From the NCBI GenBank assembly GCA_030141605.1, contig JAQGDQ010001138.1, forward strand, positions 1 to 59,897: a DNA stretch of 59,897 nt, in the 5' to 3' direction. The translations under genes and the position numbers were made by a program. Under the pieces are notes generated by a model that did no database searches, was not told the DNA's origin, and saw only the letters and a program-made list of their open reading frames with translations. This stretch comes from Tubiluchus corallicola. Lineage: Eukaryota > Animalia > Priapulida. Of this stretch, positions 1 to 13,612 are shown in pieces (the stretch's first letter is position 1; the number at the start of each line of letters is the position of its first letter).

Positions 1-1432
<1,432 letters not shown>

Positions 1433-2859
1433 CATTTCTTAACATTTCTTCCCACTGAGCCTCATCCATCTACGCATGCGCACCACTTTCCAGTTTCTAA
1501 TTACCTCAAGTAGCTAAATAAGAACAGAAGTAGATTGTTTTCTAAAACAAAGTGCCTTTTTTAGAAGACAGCGAAGAATATTTGACCATTTTTGTTCAGC
1601 ACATTTTCCATTGTGTATAAATAAGTCAAAAGAGAAAGTGACTAAAAAGAAAAAAACGACCTTATTTGACTCTTTCGAATTAGATGAAAAAATGAGAAAA
1701 ACTAGAGAAAAACTCCTCCAAAATTTGTCGCCACTTGTAGCTTGGCACCTTTTTACAGAAGAGCAAAACTGATCGATTCTTTTCATTCCGGGATATTTCC
1801 CATCTATCCAAATAATTTCCGTAGATGTGTAATTATTGGGCACATCCAGAATGTTATTAGTGTTTGTGGAAAAACCAGGGGAAATCTCCCTGTTCTCCAA
1901 ACTTTACCAATGCTAGTCGAATACATTGCATTGCCTATGGTTATGTACACAGATCACGTATAAATACAATCCTATGTTTATCAACCAGCAGATGATAACA
2001 TTTTCTTGCAAAACCCCCAAATGACTGACCGATAAATAACCACCGGTCAGCGCTGACAGCAGCTCTAATCTTTATTCGGACATCGGAACTCGATTATAGA
2101 TATTTATTCAGTTTTGATGGATTAGACTCGCTTCTGTCATCCGCTAGGTCACGTGATCAGCGCTGGTAAATAACCAGCGGCCATTCTGACTGACCTGTGC
2201 TTGAAAGTGATGATGGAGCACAGATGGTGAGAATTTGGAATGTTCCTGAAGGGGGTGGTGGGGGTAGCACAGATGTGGCATAATTAAGAGCTAGAATTGT
2301 ACGCAGTGTTAAGACAGCAAAGATTCAATCTGATCCTTGAAACAATTCTATTCAAATGATATTTATTTATAATAACTTAGTTGATATCTTGCAATTACAT
2401 ACAGTTTACATAAAATGTTGCATTATGTCACTCATTGAAATACATGTAACCAACCATTTAATTTAAATTAAGTTTATTTACTCACTGTTAATAAAACAAC
2501 CATAGTTAATATCTCATAATTGCATACAGTTAACAAAATTTTACACAAATGTGCATTGTGGGACTTTTATATATATAGTCAATGAAATTCAATTAATAAT
2601 GGACACCAGACTCATCAAACCAATATATTATATCAGTTATTCAGGGAATATATTTTGTGGCATCTCTCTATAACCATTGTACATAATATTGATACAATGT
2701 GTTCATGTATACAAACTAATTTCTTTTTCTTCTTTTGTATGTATTTTAACTATTTAAAATATTTTTCTGTGTGTATTTTAACTATTTCTTATTTTATTTA
2801 GTGCATTTGCATATATATATATATATACATATATATATTATATATATATAAAATATATA

Positions 2860-3026
2860 TTTTTTACAATAAGAATTTTGTAATTGTTTTGTGTACAAAG
2901 TTTGTGTAAAACTTTCTATTATTATTAGTAGTAGTATATATATATATATATATAATAATGATAATGATAGAAAGTTTTACACAAACTTTGTACACAAAAA
3001 AATTACAAAATTCTTATTGTAAAAAA
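2860..3026. repeat. Near-perfect palindrome of about 165 bp centred on (TA)n
   Basis: tttttacaataagaattttgtaattgttttgtgtacaaagtttgtgtaaaactttctat (2861-2919) is the reverse complement of 2967-3025 with one mismatch; the loop is ATT/TA simple repeat. Confidence 0.92.
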
Positions 3027-5177
3027 AATGCAAAATTCAGCTGAAATAGTTTCAATGCAAATAGAAAATTTACCAGATATTTGTTAAGAGTTGTGCTGAA
3101 AGTTTAGAGGTTTGTCAACTTTTTTAAGGGTAAAACCATTATTTGTTAAAAAGTAATAGCATAAGTTAAAAACCTATGCTATTTGTCATCATTTATATCT
3201 TATGTCATCAAATTTATGTTGTACGAAGGTTTTTCCAAATGTTGTAAGTGCACTATATTACATTGTATATTGTAACTAACAAAAAAATGAAATTTTCCAA
3301 CATTTATGATTTTGCCCTATAGAACAATGCACATTTATTAAACATCCTGCATTAGTAAAGTAGTTAGTTACTACAGAAGTGGCATCCTCAAGTAGCTACA
3401 GATGAACTCTTGCAATGCCATCTTAAAGATGGCTTTTGTGATTATCATTTTTATTGGAATGTGACTAATGTTTGCATGGCTTGTTTTTAGATTTCAAATT
3501 ATATATTATATGCATTTTTTCTTCGTTTTACGCAAAAACATGCGCTGTTCTCTGATGCCGCCGGCCATCTTGTAATGTAATTGGCTCAGAAGGAGCAAGT
3601 AAATAAACGAAACCAAACCAGTTGAAGTCATTGCTTTTACGGAACAAAGATGCTCGAGTTAGTCACTGGACAAATCGGTTTCTTCAACCAATCAGAACCA
3701 TCAAGTGCCACCGATGATGTCGCTCGCGGAAACGATTACTACCGATGCACACGTGAACAACCCCACAAATTGCCGCCATCGCTTGCAGTCATATTACTCC
3801 ATCAGAAGGATTAATCGAGGAAATTTCATCGGTTAGCATCTGGCATCCAAGCGAAATTCAGCGTGTATAAGAATTAGGTTCAGTTCATTGAATCATAATA
3901 ATTTCATAACCTATAGTGCTCAGGGTACACATGCATGCTTCTTGGAGCCTGTGAATGGAGGTAATTGACTGACAACAGGTATTATTATGATGTCATGTAT
4001 ACCTGCCTGCAGTTGTTGATGTGTGGATCCAGCATCAGTGGTGAAGCTGCCCTCCTGTGCACATTTACCACATCTTTCCCATCAGTCTTTGAAGATTTCC
4101 AGGATACCTGACCTTGCTAAGGGACTTTAACAAGTGATTTTAGCAGGATTGTATCGATAATCACAAGGAGCACCAGGAATTCTAGGCACTAGATATGATT
4201 ACCAATAGGTACTTTGGTCAGAAGTTGCTTTTCAAACTTGATTACTTCCAGTGAAGCAATATGACATGTATAAGGTCTGTTCTTTCAAGCGGACATCATT
4301 GGAGTTGATTAAAAAATGTTTCCACTCTTCCAATTTACATAACTTATGGGAAATCTATACTTCTCACACAAAGAAATTGGTGAATTTTTGTTGCACTGAA
4401 GGTCACGCATCCCTACTACAATGCACGGTATGTCCGAAGTCTGTTGGCTGAATGTATTCTCAAGATCATATGCCTGCTACAAAATGTATGTAATTACTAT
4501 TTAAAGTGCGAAACATATATAACCAGTAGTTATTATCGCCCTTCAGCAATTGCCATTTTAAATATGAATGGCAGTTGAGTTCAGAAGTTGTTATAAAATG
4601 ATTTATGTCGAGTAATTGCTTTAGGTCTTGTTCTAGAGATGGTCAAATGTTGCAGTTGTTTTGTGAGTGACGTGACCATGCAGTCATGCGTGAGACATTC
4701 GATACATGTACTATTTTGTCCTCCCAAAATTGAAAGTGTGTCTTGCATTATTCTGCAGGTTTTTAACATTTGCCATGTAAGTAAATGAATTTTCACTATT
4801 TTTGACAAGCAATCTAAAGTTTAATATCTTGGGTAGCTTCATGGGTAGTTCAAATTAATCTAGTTAAGAAATATCTATCAAGATATAGTTAGTCTTTGTA
4901 AAGTTTTGCCGTATTTCTGTGTCACTCACAATTCTTAGCTGATTTGTTCTGGTTTTAAATGTCCCAATTTTAGTGTATTTGCTGTCTGGGACTTTTTACT
5001 TGCAGCTTTTGTTAGTTGAGACACATTTGTTGAGAATAGTAAATTTATTTTTAAATGAAGTAAGCTCATATTTTGGTGTTCCATTAGAAATTTTTCGCCA
5101 CTTAATGTATCATCAGCTGTAAAAGTTCAAATTAGTAAGAAATAATGCTCTCTTTTCCCCATTTTTTTTCTAATTTC

Positions 5178-5306
5178 GTATGTTTCTTGGTGGTATCCTC
5201 TCCCACCTGTTCCCACATTTTCTCATATTTTTCTTACTCCATAAGTATGTTTCTTGGTGGAATCCTGTCCCACCTGTTCCCACATTTTTCTCATATTTTT
5301 CTTACT
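5178..5306. repeat. Tandem duplication, about 68-bp unit x2
   Basis: gtatgtttcttggtgg.atcct.tcccacctgttcccacatttt(t)ctcatatttttcttact occurs twice. Confidence 0.85.
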
Positions 5307-6180
5307 AACTTCAATCGTTTCTCGTTGTTCTACTACCGATAGTGTCTTAAAATGTGAAAATATCTTCATGTGAAACCACAATATGGAGTTTATGTTTGAT
5401 TATAAATACTGTTTCTTCATCTACTGCACTTAGGTGGGTGCTACTGCTGGATAGTATGTTCAGTTGGTGTACTTGTATTGCAGTTGTATCAAACACCTAG
5501 GATCGAGTACGACTAATCACCATCAGTTGGTACTGGGAAAGAAGCAATTATAGCCGTGTTAGCCATATTGGTAATTAATTGACAACCTCCTGGTACATTG
5601 ACTGTAAATGTAGTGTTTCTTAACTAATAATGACTGTTCAATGAAACTCCCAGACAGCAAGTACACTAAAAGGTAAAGAGGTAAAGCAGGAACATATCAG
5701 CTGAGATGAGCAAAGAATCAGGAGGAATTTATGAACAGACATTATCAGAGTCCTCTAGCGAGATTTTTGTTTACAAGTTTGAATTTGATTGGGCAAGGTA
5801 GGACTTGTCTGACCAGGTATGAGTAAGTTCCCCTCGGGTAGGGTGATAGCAGGGAGCGTTTTTGCACCAGAATTGAGTTTACTGAGTAGCTGAGAGAATT
5901 GAATTGAAGAACTGCAGTTCTGAATAGGTTGATGATGTAATGATTTTTACTTAAAAAAATCCATTTTTTGCTGACTGATAGTAATAGCAGCTGTTCTTTT
6001 GCTTAAGATTTTAAAGAGTCGACTGTGAATTGTACCATTCTTATTTTTATACAAAAAATTACAGTTACTGGAATATTTAAATAAACTCAAGGCTTGATAT
6101 CTATAGATAGCATAAATACTATCATTGGCAAACATTGATACTTCCTGCTTCTTGGTTCATTGATAGCTCTTGCTAATGCA

Positions 6181-6436
6181 TAACTCCTTTGAAGAAGTAA
6201 CTGCCTAACTCTGATGACTTAATTTGAAGATTTCCACTATTGTATAACTTCTCTGAAGAAGTAACTGACTAACTCTGATGACTTAATTTGAAGATTTCCA
6301 CTATTGTATAACTCCTTTGAAGAAGTAACTGACTAACTCTGATGATTTAATCTGAAGATTTCCACTATTGTACAACTCCTTTGAAGACGTAACTGACTAA
6401 CTCTGGTGACTTAATTTGAAGATTTCCGTCGTTGTA
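6181..6436. repeat. 64-bp minisatellite, about 4 copies (degenerate fifth near 6495-6560)
   Basis: Unit taactcctttgaagaagtaactgactaactctgatgacttaatttgaagatttccactattgta at 6181, 6245, 6309, 6373. Confidence 0.9.
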
Positions 6437-7110
6437 TGTTCGACGATATTCCTCTCTCAAATCCAAATTTGGCAACAGTTATCCACATTGAGCCCCTCAA
6501 AGTGAAGACGTAATTAACCGGCTGTGGTGACTTAATTCAAAGGTGTCCGCTATTGCCAATCCCGCAACGGTTAGCCACATTAATCCCTTTGAGAAGTACC
6601 GCAAAGTGATTACGTCCTCTGAAGTGTTTGACCAAACTTTGTTTGTGAAAACCCGAGCAGGGAAAAAGCAAGCATACGCAGCACCACGCTCAAGTTGGTT
6701 TAATTAGCTTTGCAATCGCGGAGTCTTAAAAGCTGACCGCTTGGCAGCTGAATGCAGTCGTGTGTAAAAACGATGAAATACGGAGCGATAAAAAAAGCTG
6801 GAGGTACACTCAGCCCGCCTTTTGTTGGCTTATATAAGATGCAAATGCCTTTTGTGCCGCCAAGCGCCGATAAAGGTTGGTCTCTTTGATCTGTGCCGCC
6901 GGATTTCTTTCTGTAAACAAGTCCGTAATTTCATCCGTTGTATCGCTCCGCGCGTGTTGCGTATAACCCACTTCGTATAACGGAAATAACGTGAGAAGTG
7001 TGATTTCTTTTCGGATACCGTAACCCACCCCCTGGGAAACTTACTCAGTTTACTGGTCTCACGAAATTTCTGTCTCATCTCTTTTTTAATCTTACACCAC
7101 TCTGTCACTG

Positions 7111-7285
7111 CCTCTCTCTTTTGTCTTCTCTCTCACTCTCACCCTATCAATTGCCCCCTTCTCTCTCTCTCTCTCTCTCTTTCTCTTTCTCTCTCTCTCT
7201 CTCTGTCTCTCGTTCTCTCTCTCTCTCATTGCTCAGTCTCTCACAGCTGTCACCTTCTCCATTGTTCACTTTTGGTTCGTCTCTT

Positions 7286-7338
<53 letters not shown>

Positions 7339-7460
7339 TTCTCTTTCTCTCCCTCTTACTCTTCTCTCCGCATACTTTTTTGCTCTTTCTCCTTTCCCCC
7401 TCCCTTTCTCCACCTCTATTTCTTTTTCTCGCGCTCTCTCTCCCTCCCTCCTTCTTTCTG

Positions 7461-7500
<40 letters not shown>

Positions 7501-7607
7501 TTCCTTCTCTCGCTTCTTTCTCTCTCATTCTCTATCTCACCGTTTCCTCTATCTCCCTCACCCCCTCTTTCTGCCTCTTCCGCCTCTGTCACTCTTTCTT
7601 TCTTGTG

Positions 7608-7646
<39 letters not shown>
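7111..7646. repeat. Imperfect (CT)n microsatellite
   Basis: Polypyrimidine CT runs. Confidence 0.95.
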
Positions 7647-7648
<2 letters not shown>

Positions 7649-9016
7649 GTTCACATTATGTTCTAGTTAGTACTTCTCGTTTTATATATTGTAATACGTT
7701 GTGTAATGTTGTATCAAAAAGCTGAGCTTTCCCCTCTGTTATTCCCACTACTTTTCTAGCCCTCTTTCCACTCCCGTAACTGCCGTTTCCCATATCCTCC
7801 GTCCTGTCAATCACTGGACATCGAGGAATAAACACTATTTCCCCAAAGGTCAGTCTCGTTATCTCTATGACAACAGATGAGGCGGAGATGGGGAGGCTGT
7901 GGCAGCAGTCTTATCATTTTATACCAAATCTGTTTATACTCGGAAGTTATTAGAGTAAGCTGGTGATCTGAAAACATTAACCGTCACGTGACCCTCCCAC
8001 GCACCAAGATGGCGTACTGGCATTGTGAAGCTGGATGTAGTTTTAGCTGGTAATAACAGTGACCCAAAAGTTTGTATACTTGAAATTTCTGTTTAATTTA
8101 GTTAACAATAAAGGCTTTTAATTCTTCGTTAATAACTTACGTCATAATTAGTTAATTGTCATAATTAATTAATTAATTATAAACAGCCACAAAACAAAAA
8201 CGTAACAAAAAATTTATACTATTTCAATGTAGAATTATGTCGAAAATACAAACAAACAATTATTACCGACAAAACAAATATCTTCCAAAATTGTTCCTGT
8301 TAGTAATTTGTCTTTTAATTAAGGAGTTGATTAATGTTATTTCTCCATTAGGAATGGAGTCCTTCAAAATAATTAAGTTTGGTGAATTTTGATGAGAAGT
8401 TAAGAGGTTCCTGCATTTCCTTATTCACTGCTTAAGTCCATCGTGTGCTCTACCCCTCTTGCACGTGCCTTGCCATTGATACACCCCTTTTCTGCACCCA
8501 CCCCAGCAAACATTTCTTGAACCATATTTCATTACTATTACTACTTTTCTTGTGACTTTTCCATCACTGACACAATTCAGGTGCCCCCTCTTATTCTACC
8601 CCTTTTGCGATCAGTTCTATTATTACTGCTACCGTTTGTGGTATTTGCTCCCGCCGTTGCTGGTTCCGCCCGTATCAGTAACAACGCTACCAATTTTGGA
8701 TCCGCCATTGGGAATCATTCGTTTTTTAAGCTGCCTTTTCATATCTCATTGGATACGCCATCATTGGTGAGGCTGCTGTTGCTTGGGTACTCCTCGACTT
8801 CCTGCGTCCTCCTCCACAAGTTTGATTGGCGTGTAATTCGGTCTCTTTCAGTTTGCTCTTCAAATTAGTTGAAATGATTGTGTGGATTCTCTGAACGGTA
8901 ATCAAGTTAATTAAGCAGTTGGAAAGTATTTCAACGATGTCAGTCAGTTATTAGAAGTGAAGCATGTTGGCTGGGTTTACAGGCTGGTTCAACGAGGAAA
9001 ATAAAGAGGAAAAGAG

Positions 9017-9111
9017 GTCTCTTTCCTTGTCTCTCTCTCTCCCTCTCTTTCTCTCTATTTTCTTTTCTCTTTCCCTTTCTCTCTCTCTCTCTCTCCCTCT
9101 TTTTCTCTCTT

Positions 9112-9157
<46 letters not shown>

Positions 9158-9282
9158 TCTCCCTCTTTCTCTCTCTCTCACTCTCTCTCTCTTTTTCTCT
9201 CTTTCCCGTTCTCTCTCTCTCTCTCCCTCTTTTTCTCTCTTTCCTTTTCTCTTTCCCTTTCTCTCTCTCCCTCTCTCTCTCC

Positions 9283-9329
<47 letters not shown>

Positions 9330-9750
9330 ACTCCCTCTCACTCATTTTCCTTCTTTTGCTCTTCATTACCCCCTCTCACTTCTTTCTTCTATTACGCCTC
9401 CCCCGTTTCTTTCTCTTTATTCCTTCCCTCATTCAATTTCTTTGTTTTTGTCTTTCAAGACGCTGCCTCTCATTTCTTTTTTGTTCTCTTTCTCTCTGTA
9501 TGTGTGTCTCTGTCTCTGTCTCTCTCTCTCGCTGTATCTTTCTTTCTCTCTCCCTCTCTACCTTTCTCTTTTTCTTTCTTTCTTGCCCTCTCTCTCTCTT
9601 TCTCCCCTTTCTGTCTCGCACCACCCTCTCTCCTCCCTCCCATTCTCTCCCTTTCTCTCTCTTCTTTCTTGCTCTATCTGTCTCTGCTCCTTTCTCTCTT
9701 TCTCCCCCTTTCTGTCTCTCACCCCCGTCTCCTCCCTCCCACTCTCTCTT
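9017..9750. repeat. Imperfect (CT)n microsatellite
   Basis: Polypyrimidine CT runs. Confidence 0.95.
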
Positions 9751-10179
9751 TCTGTCCTGTTAACCAGACTTGATTACTTCCTGCATCTGTCAGTGTTTTT
9801 GACTTTTAACTCTTTCTTTCGCAGCTCATTAAATATGCACTTTGTATTTGGCTTCCTAAGAGACTAATTATTTAAATCAGCTTCAATTACTTGAGTAAAC
9901 TCTGGGACACGTAGTAAATTCTTCCTGCTTTTAATGAACTCGAGGGTATCATAATTTAATTCTGACGTTACCGAATAGTGATAATGTCGATAAATTCATT
10001 AATTTTAATTAATGAAGTTATTGATTAATAAAAATTCACTAGTCCTTTGGGTCACGGGGGAGAAAGAGGGATTGACTTAATTTTGTAGACAAGTTTCCTT
10101 TTCTATAGTTTTAAGAAACTGACAAGTCGCTTAGAACGTTAGTTTGTACTACCGGTTTGTAAAGAAATTTTCAGCCTTT

Positions 10180-10497
10180 GTGGTAGCCGCCATTAACCTT
10201 AAAATTATAAGTGATATTACAAGCGCGTCGTGGCTTTCCGTGAGCGCACGCTGTTTAAGCCTATTTAGATTAACATTCATGCAAAAATGTCTCAAAATTA
10301 GTGCGCTGCTTTTTCATCAGCTGATGTCGACGTCATTGGTGGAGGAATGGGAGTTCAAAACGTGCGAAATGATCGCGACTTTAAAATGATTTTACCAATT
10401 ACACGAGGTGCTTATCACGGCTTTATTACTAAATCCTTCTAACATTTCTTGCGAACATTGAAATAAGCCTATCTTTCCAGAATGCTTGACTTTTCCT
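10180..10497 (+). mobile_element. Kolobok-like non-autonomous DNA transposon fragment, family A copy 1
   Basis: Aligns by eye with 21960-22350 (gccgccatt...aagcgc.tc.tggcttt.cgt...gacgtcattgg...gaaatgatcgcga.tttaaa.tgatttta..aattacacgagg). Similarity stops at cttgacttttCCT|TTAA. A YY-3' end next to TTAA is the Kolobok signature. The other end was not identified. Confidence 0.6.
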
Positions 10498-10596
10498 TTA
10501 AGATGCTTCAAATTTAACCGCTGACTAATGACCCTTTGACTTTAAAATTTCAGCTTACATGTAAACGCACAACGCATTTTCAACAGCATCAATAAA

Positions 10597-10849
<253 letters not shown>

Positions 10850-11335
10850 AATGATTACCATTACCATCACCAACATTATCATCATTATCAATATGCGAAA
10901 AAGCCGATCTTTTCAGAATTCTTGACTTCTCCTTTAAGTTGCTTCAAATTTAATGGTGTTGACTACAAACCGCTGACTAATAACCCTTTGACGAAACTGT
11001 TTAAAATTCAAACTGTTGAAATGCTGAACTTACATGTAAACAACGATTTCGTCAAACTAATCAACGCAAAATCGATCATCGTAACCACGGAGATTAACGT
11101 TTTTCTTCCTTCGTCCGGGAAACCGATATTGTTGCCATGTCGGCGGAATTGAACTCGGATTTCGTTTCCTCCCGAACAGCTGTCTAGTGTCATTTTCACT
11201 CCTCTCTCATGAAGCCACCGGTTAGCTTATTTTGCTTGCAGTCATTTCTAGTCTCGGGCTTCACAGCGAGTTTAAATTGTCATTCCGTCTTAAATAAACC
11301 TCCGCTGTCCCTGGTATTTGTTTAATCGGGAAGTC

Positions 11336-11490
11336 AGGAATGCTCCAGGAAGGTTGAGAGAAAGTCTCCTGTGTTACGTCATTGCGAAGTGGCACTTTAC
11401 AGGAATGCGTTCCTGGAAGGTTGAGAGAAAGTCTTTCCTGTGTTACGCTATTGCCAAGTGGCTCTTTACAGGAATGCGCTCCTGGAAGGC
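11336..11490. repeat. Tandem duplication, about 65-69-bp unit x2.3
   Basis: aggaatgc..cc.ggaaggttgagagaaagtct..cctgtgttacg..attgc.aagtggc.ctttac repeated. Confidence 0.8.
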
Positions 11491-11589
11491 TCCTAGGTAG
11501 TCGAGATTCTCCTGAATAACACAGTACCTAATTTGTGATCATTTAGTTATGTCTGTGCTCATACAGTAGCAGAAAAGTTATAGGTTTTA

Positions 11590-11970
11590 TAAGACCTATT
11601 TTGAATGGTGTGATCCCGAAGGACCTAGAAATGCTTGCAAACGTGTCCTCTAGGACCACCATTTCCTTATCTTCAATTACGATTTGTATAAATTGTTAAG
11701 GAGTCAACAACTGCAATTGAAAACAGCTTTATATCACTGCTAGTCGGTGTAACTAAATTTTTATTTTTTTCTGTTATTGTGTCTTTCTGTTGGTATCATA
11801 GTGATGGTACTCCGAGTTTTTTTTTTGTACATCAGTTTTGTTTTTTGAAGAACTTGCATATTGCCATTTTCACACTGCAGATTAGACTTATAGAACTTTG
11901 AAATATTTGATAGTGTTTTTTTTCTCTGAAACATCGTAAGGGGGTGTGTTGTGGACAATTCTTTCACATG
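11590..11970 (-). mobile_element. Highly decayed Penelope-like element fragment (GIY-YIG endonuclease region)
   Basis: Minus-strand peptides THPLTMFQRKKTLSNI and VCKHF*VLRDHTIQN resemble the Penelope P..F.R..NL.D.LV and V..HF...H motifs in the expected order; interrupted by stops and frameshifts. Confidence 0.3.
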
Positions 11971-13249
11971 GTGAGATATGCTACTTTCACAATCTTACAA
12001 AAGCACTAATCTAGTGAATTAGGAACTCCTGAAAACATTAATCACATTTGTCTGCAAGGTGGTCTAAATTGTTCAATACGTATGGAACGAGTGATACAAG
12101 GTTCAAACCTTCTGTAGGTACTCATTTTTCGCAATTTTGTTTTTTGGCAAAATCTGGGAAATGATTGTAATGGCGAATTTAACCAGTTTGTTTGCATCAT
12201 TTATTATTGCATGTGAGTTTAGCTCTGAGGAAATTTGACTCTTTTATGTGACCCAGTGCTTGTTTATTCCACTACAAATTCAAGTCAGAACTTGTACGTT
12301 CCCTTTTGGCAACATTCCTACGTGCTATCAGATGACAAACGGATGCAATGGATACCTCGTGACAGTGTGAAAACACTTGACACACAAACACACGATCAGC
12401 AGTGTGAACACAGTTTGCAGACACTGCTCGAGTGTGAACTGTTCACTAGACGTCGTGACAATTTGTCCTATCAAATGTCTTCCTCTTAGACAAACGTTCC
12501 TTCTGTTACGTAACATTTGCTCCTGTCTTGTGAACTGAACTAAGTATTTGTCACTCAGCTTCATCCCGTATTCCACAAATTAAGGAATATTCCAAGTCTG
12601 GATGATTTCCCACGGTAATTTTCCCAGGAAGATTCTTGTGTAGACATATTCTAGCATTTTGGGCATTGATTTTTGGTGTAATAGCTTTGCTGTCTGACTG
12701 AGTTCGATACGATCTCAAGCTCCTTGATGTGGATTTTGATAAACGAAAGATCGCTGTTGATAAATGGTTGTTGCGGCTTTTGTATATTTTGGTTTTAAGA
12801 TTTTAAGGTTTTAAAATCAAATTTTTAACATTAAGACATCCTGTTTAAGTTTCAAGATTTCCAAGAAAGCAAATTTTGAGGACATTGTATTAAAGTTTCT
12901 CTGATTTCCACAACAAGCGCCAATTTGACCAAGTTTCAGTTAAACACACAAAGTCGCATTTAGTTGAAAACTACTTTAATTACCTGGAACTCAAGCAAAG
13001 TTCTGTCAGCATGCTCTCAGAAACTCCAAATACAAAACACTTGACTCATGGCGGTCAACAAGTACGGTAACTCTTAACAAGTAACGCAATAATTCTACCA
13101 ATTATAATTTCGCGGCAAAACAAGTGCTGCCTTGTATAGAACTCATACATACTTGAATTATTATCTAATATGGAAAGCTTTTTCGGATTTACTTTGAAAA
13201 TTCCCTCTTCTTCCACTTTAAGTTTAAATTGGGGCTGTGAAGTGTAGCC

Positions 13250-13612
13250 TAGGCAATAGGCCTATGAAGTATATCATGCATTTGGCCTATGAACTGCACC
13301 CTATACATTAGGCCTATGAACTGTATCTTATGCATTTGGCCTGTGAACTGCACCCTATACATTAGGCCTATGAACTGTCTCTTATACATTTGGCCTGTGA
13401 ACTATACATTTGGCCTGTGAAATGTAGACTAAACATTAGGCCTATTAACTGTACCTTATATATTTGGCCTGTGAAATGCATCCTATATATTAGGCCTATG
13501 AACTATATCTTATACATTTGGCCTGCGGACTGTACCCTATACATTTGGCCTGTGAAGCTCTATTCATGAGACCTGTGACCTGCAGCCTATGCATTTGGCA
13601 CTATGAACTGTA
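13250..13612. repeat. Degenerate 27-bp minisatellite, about 13 copies
   Basis: Unit catt(t/a)ggcct(a/g)tgaactg(c/t)a(c/t)c(c/t)tata. Confidence 0.9.
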
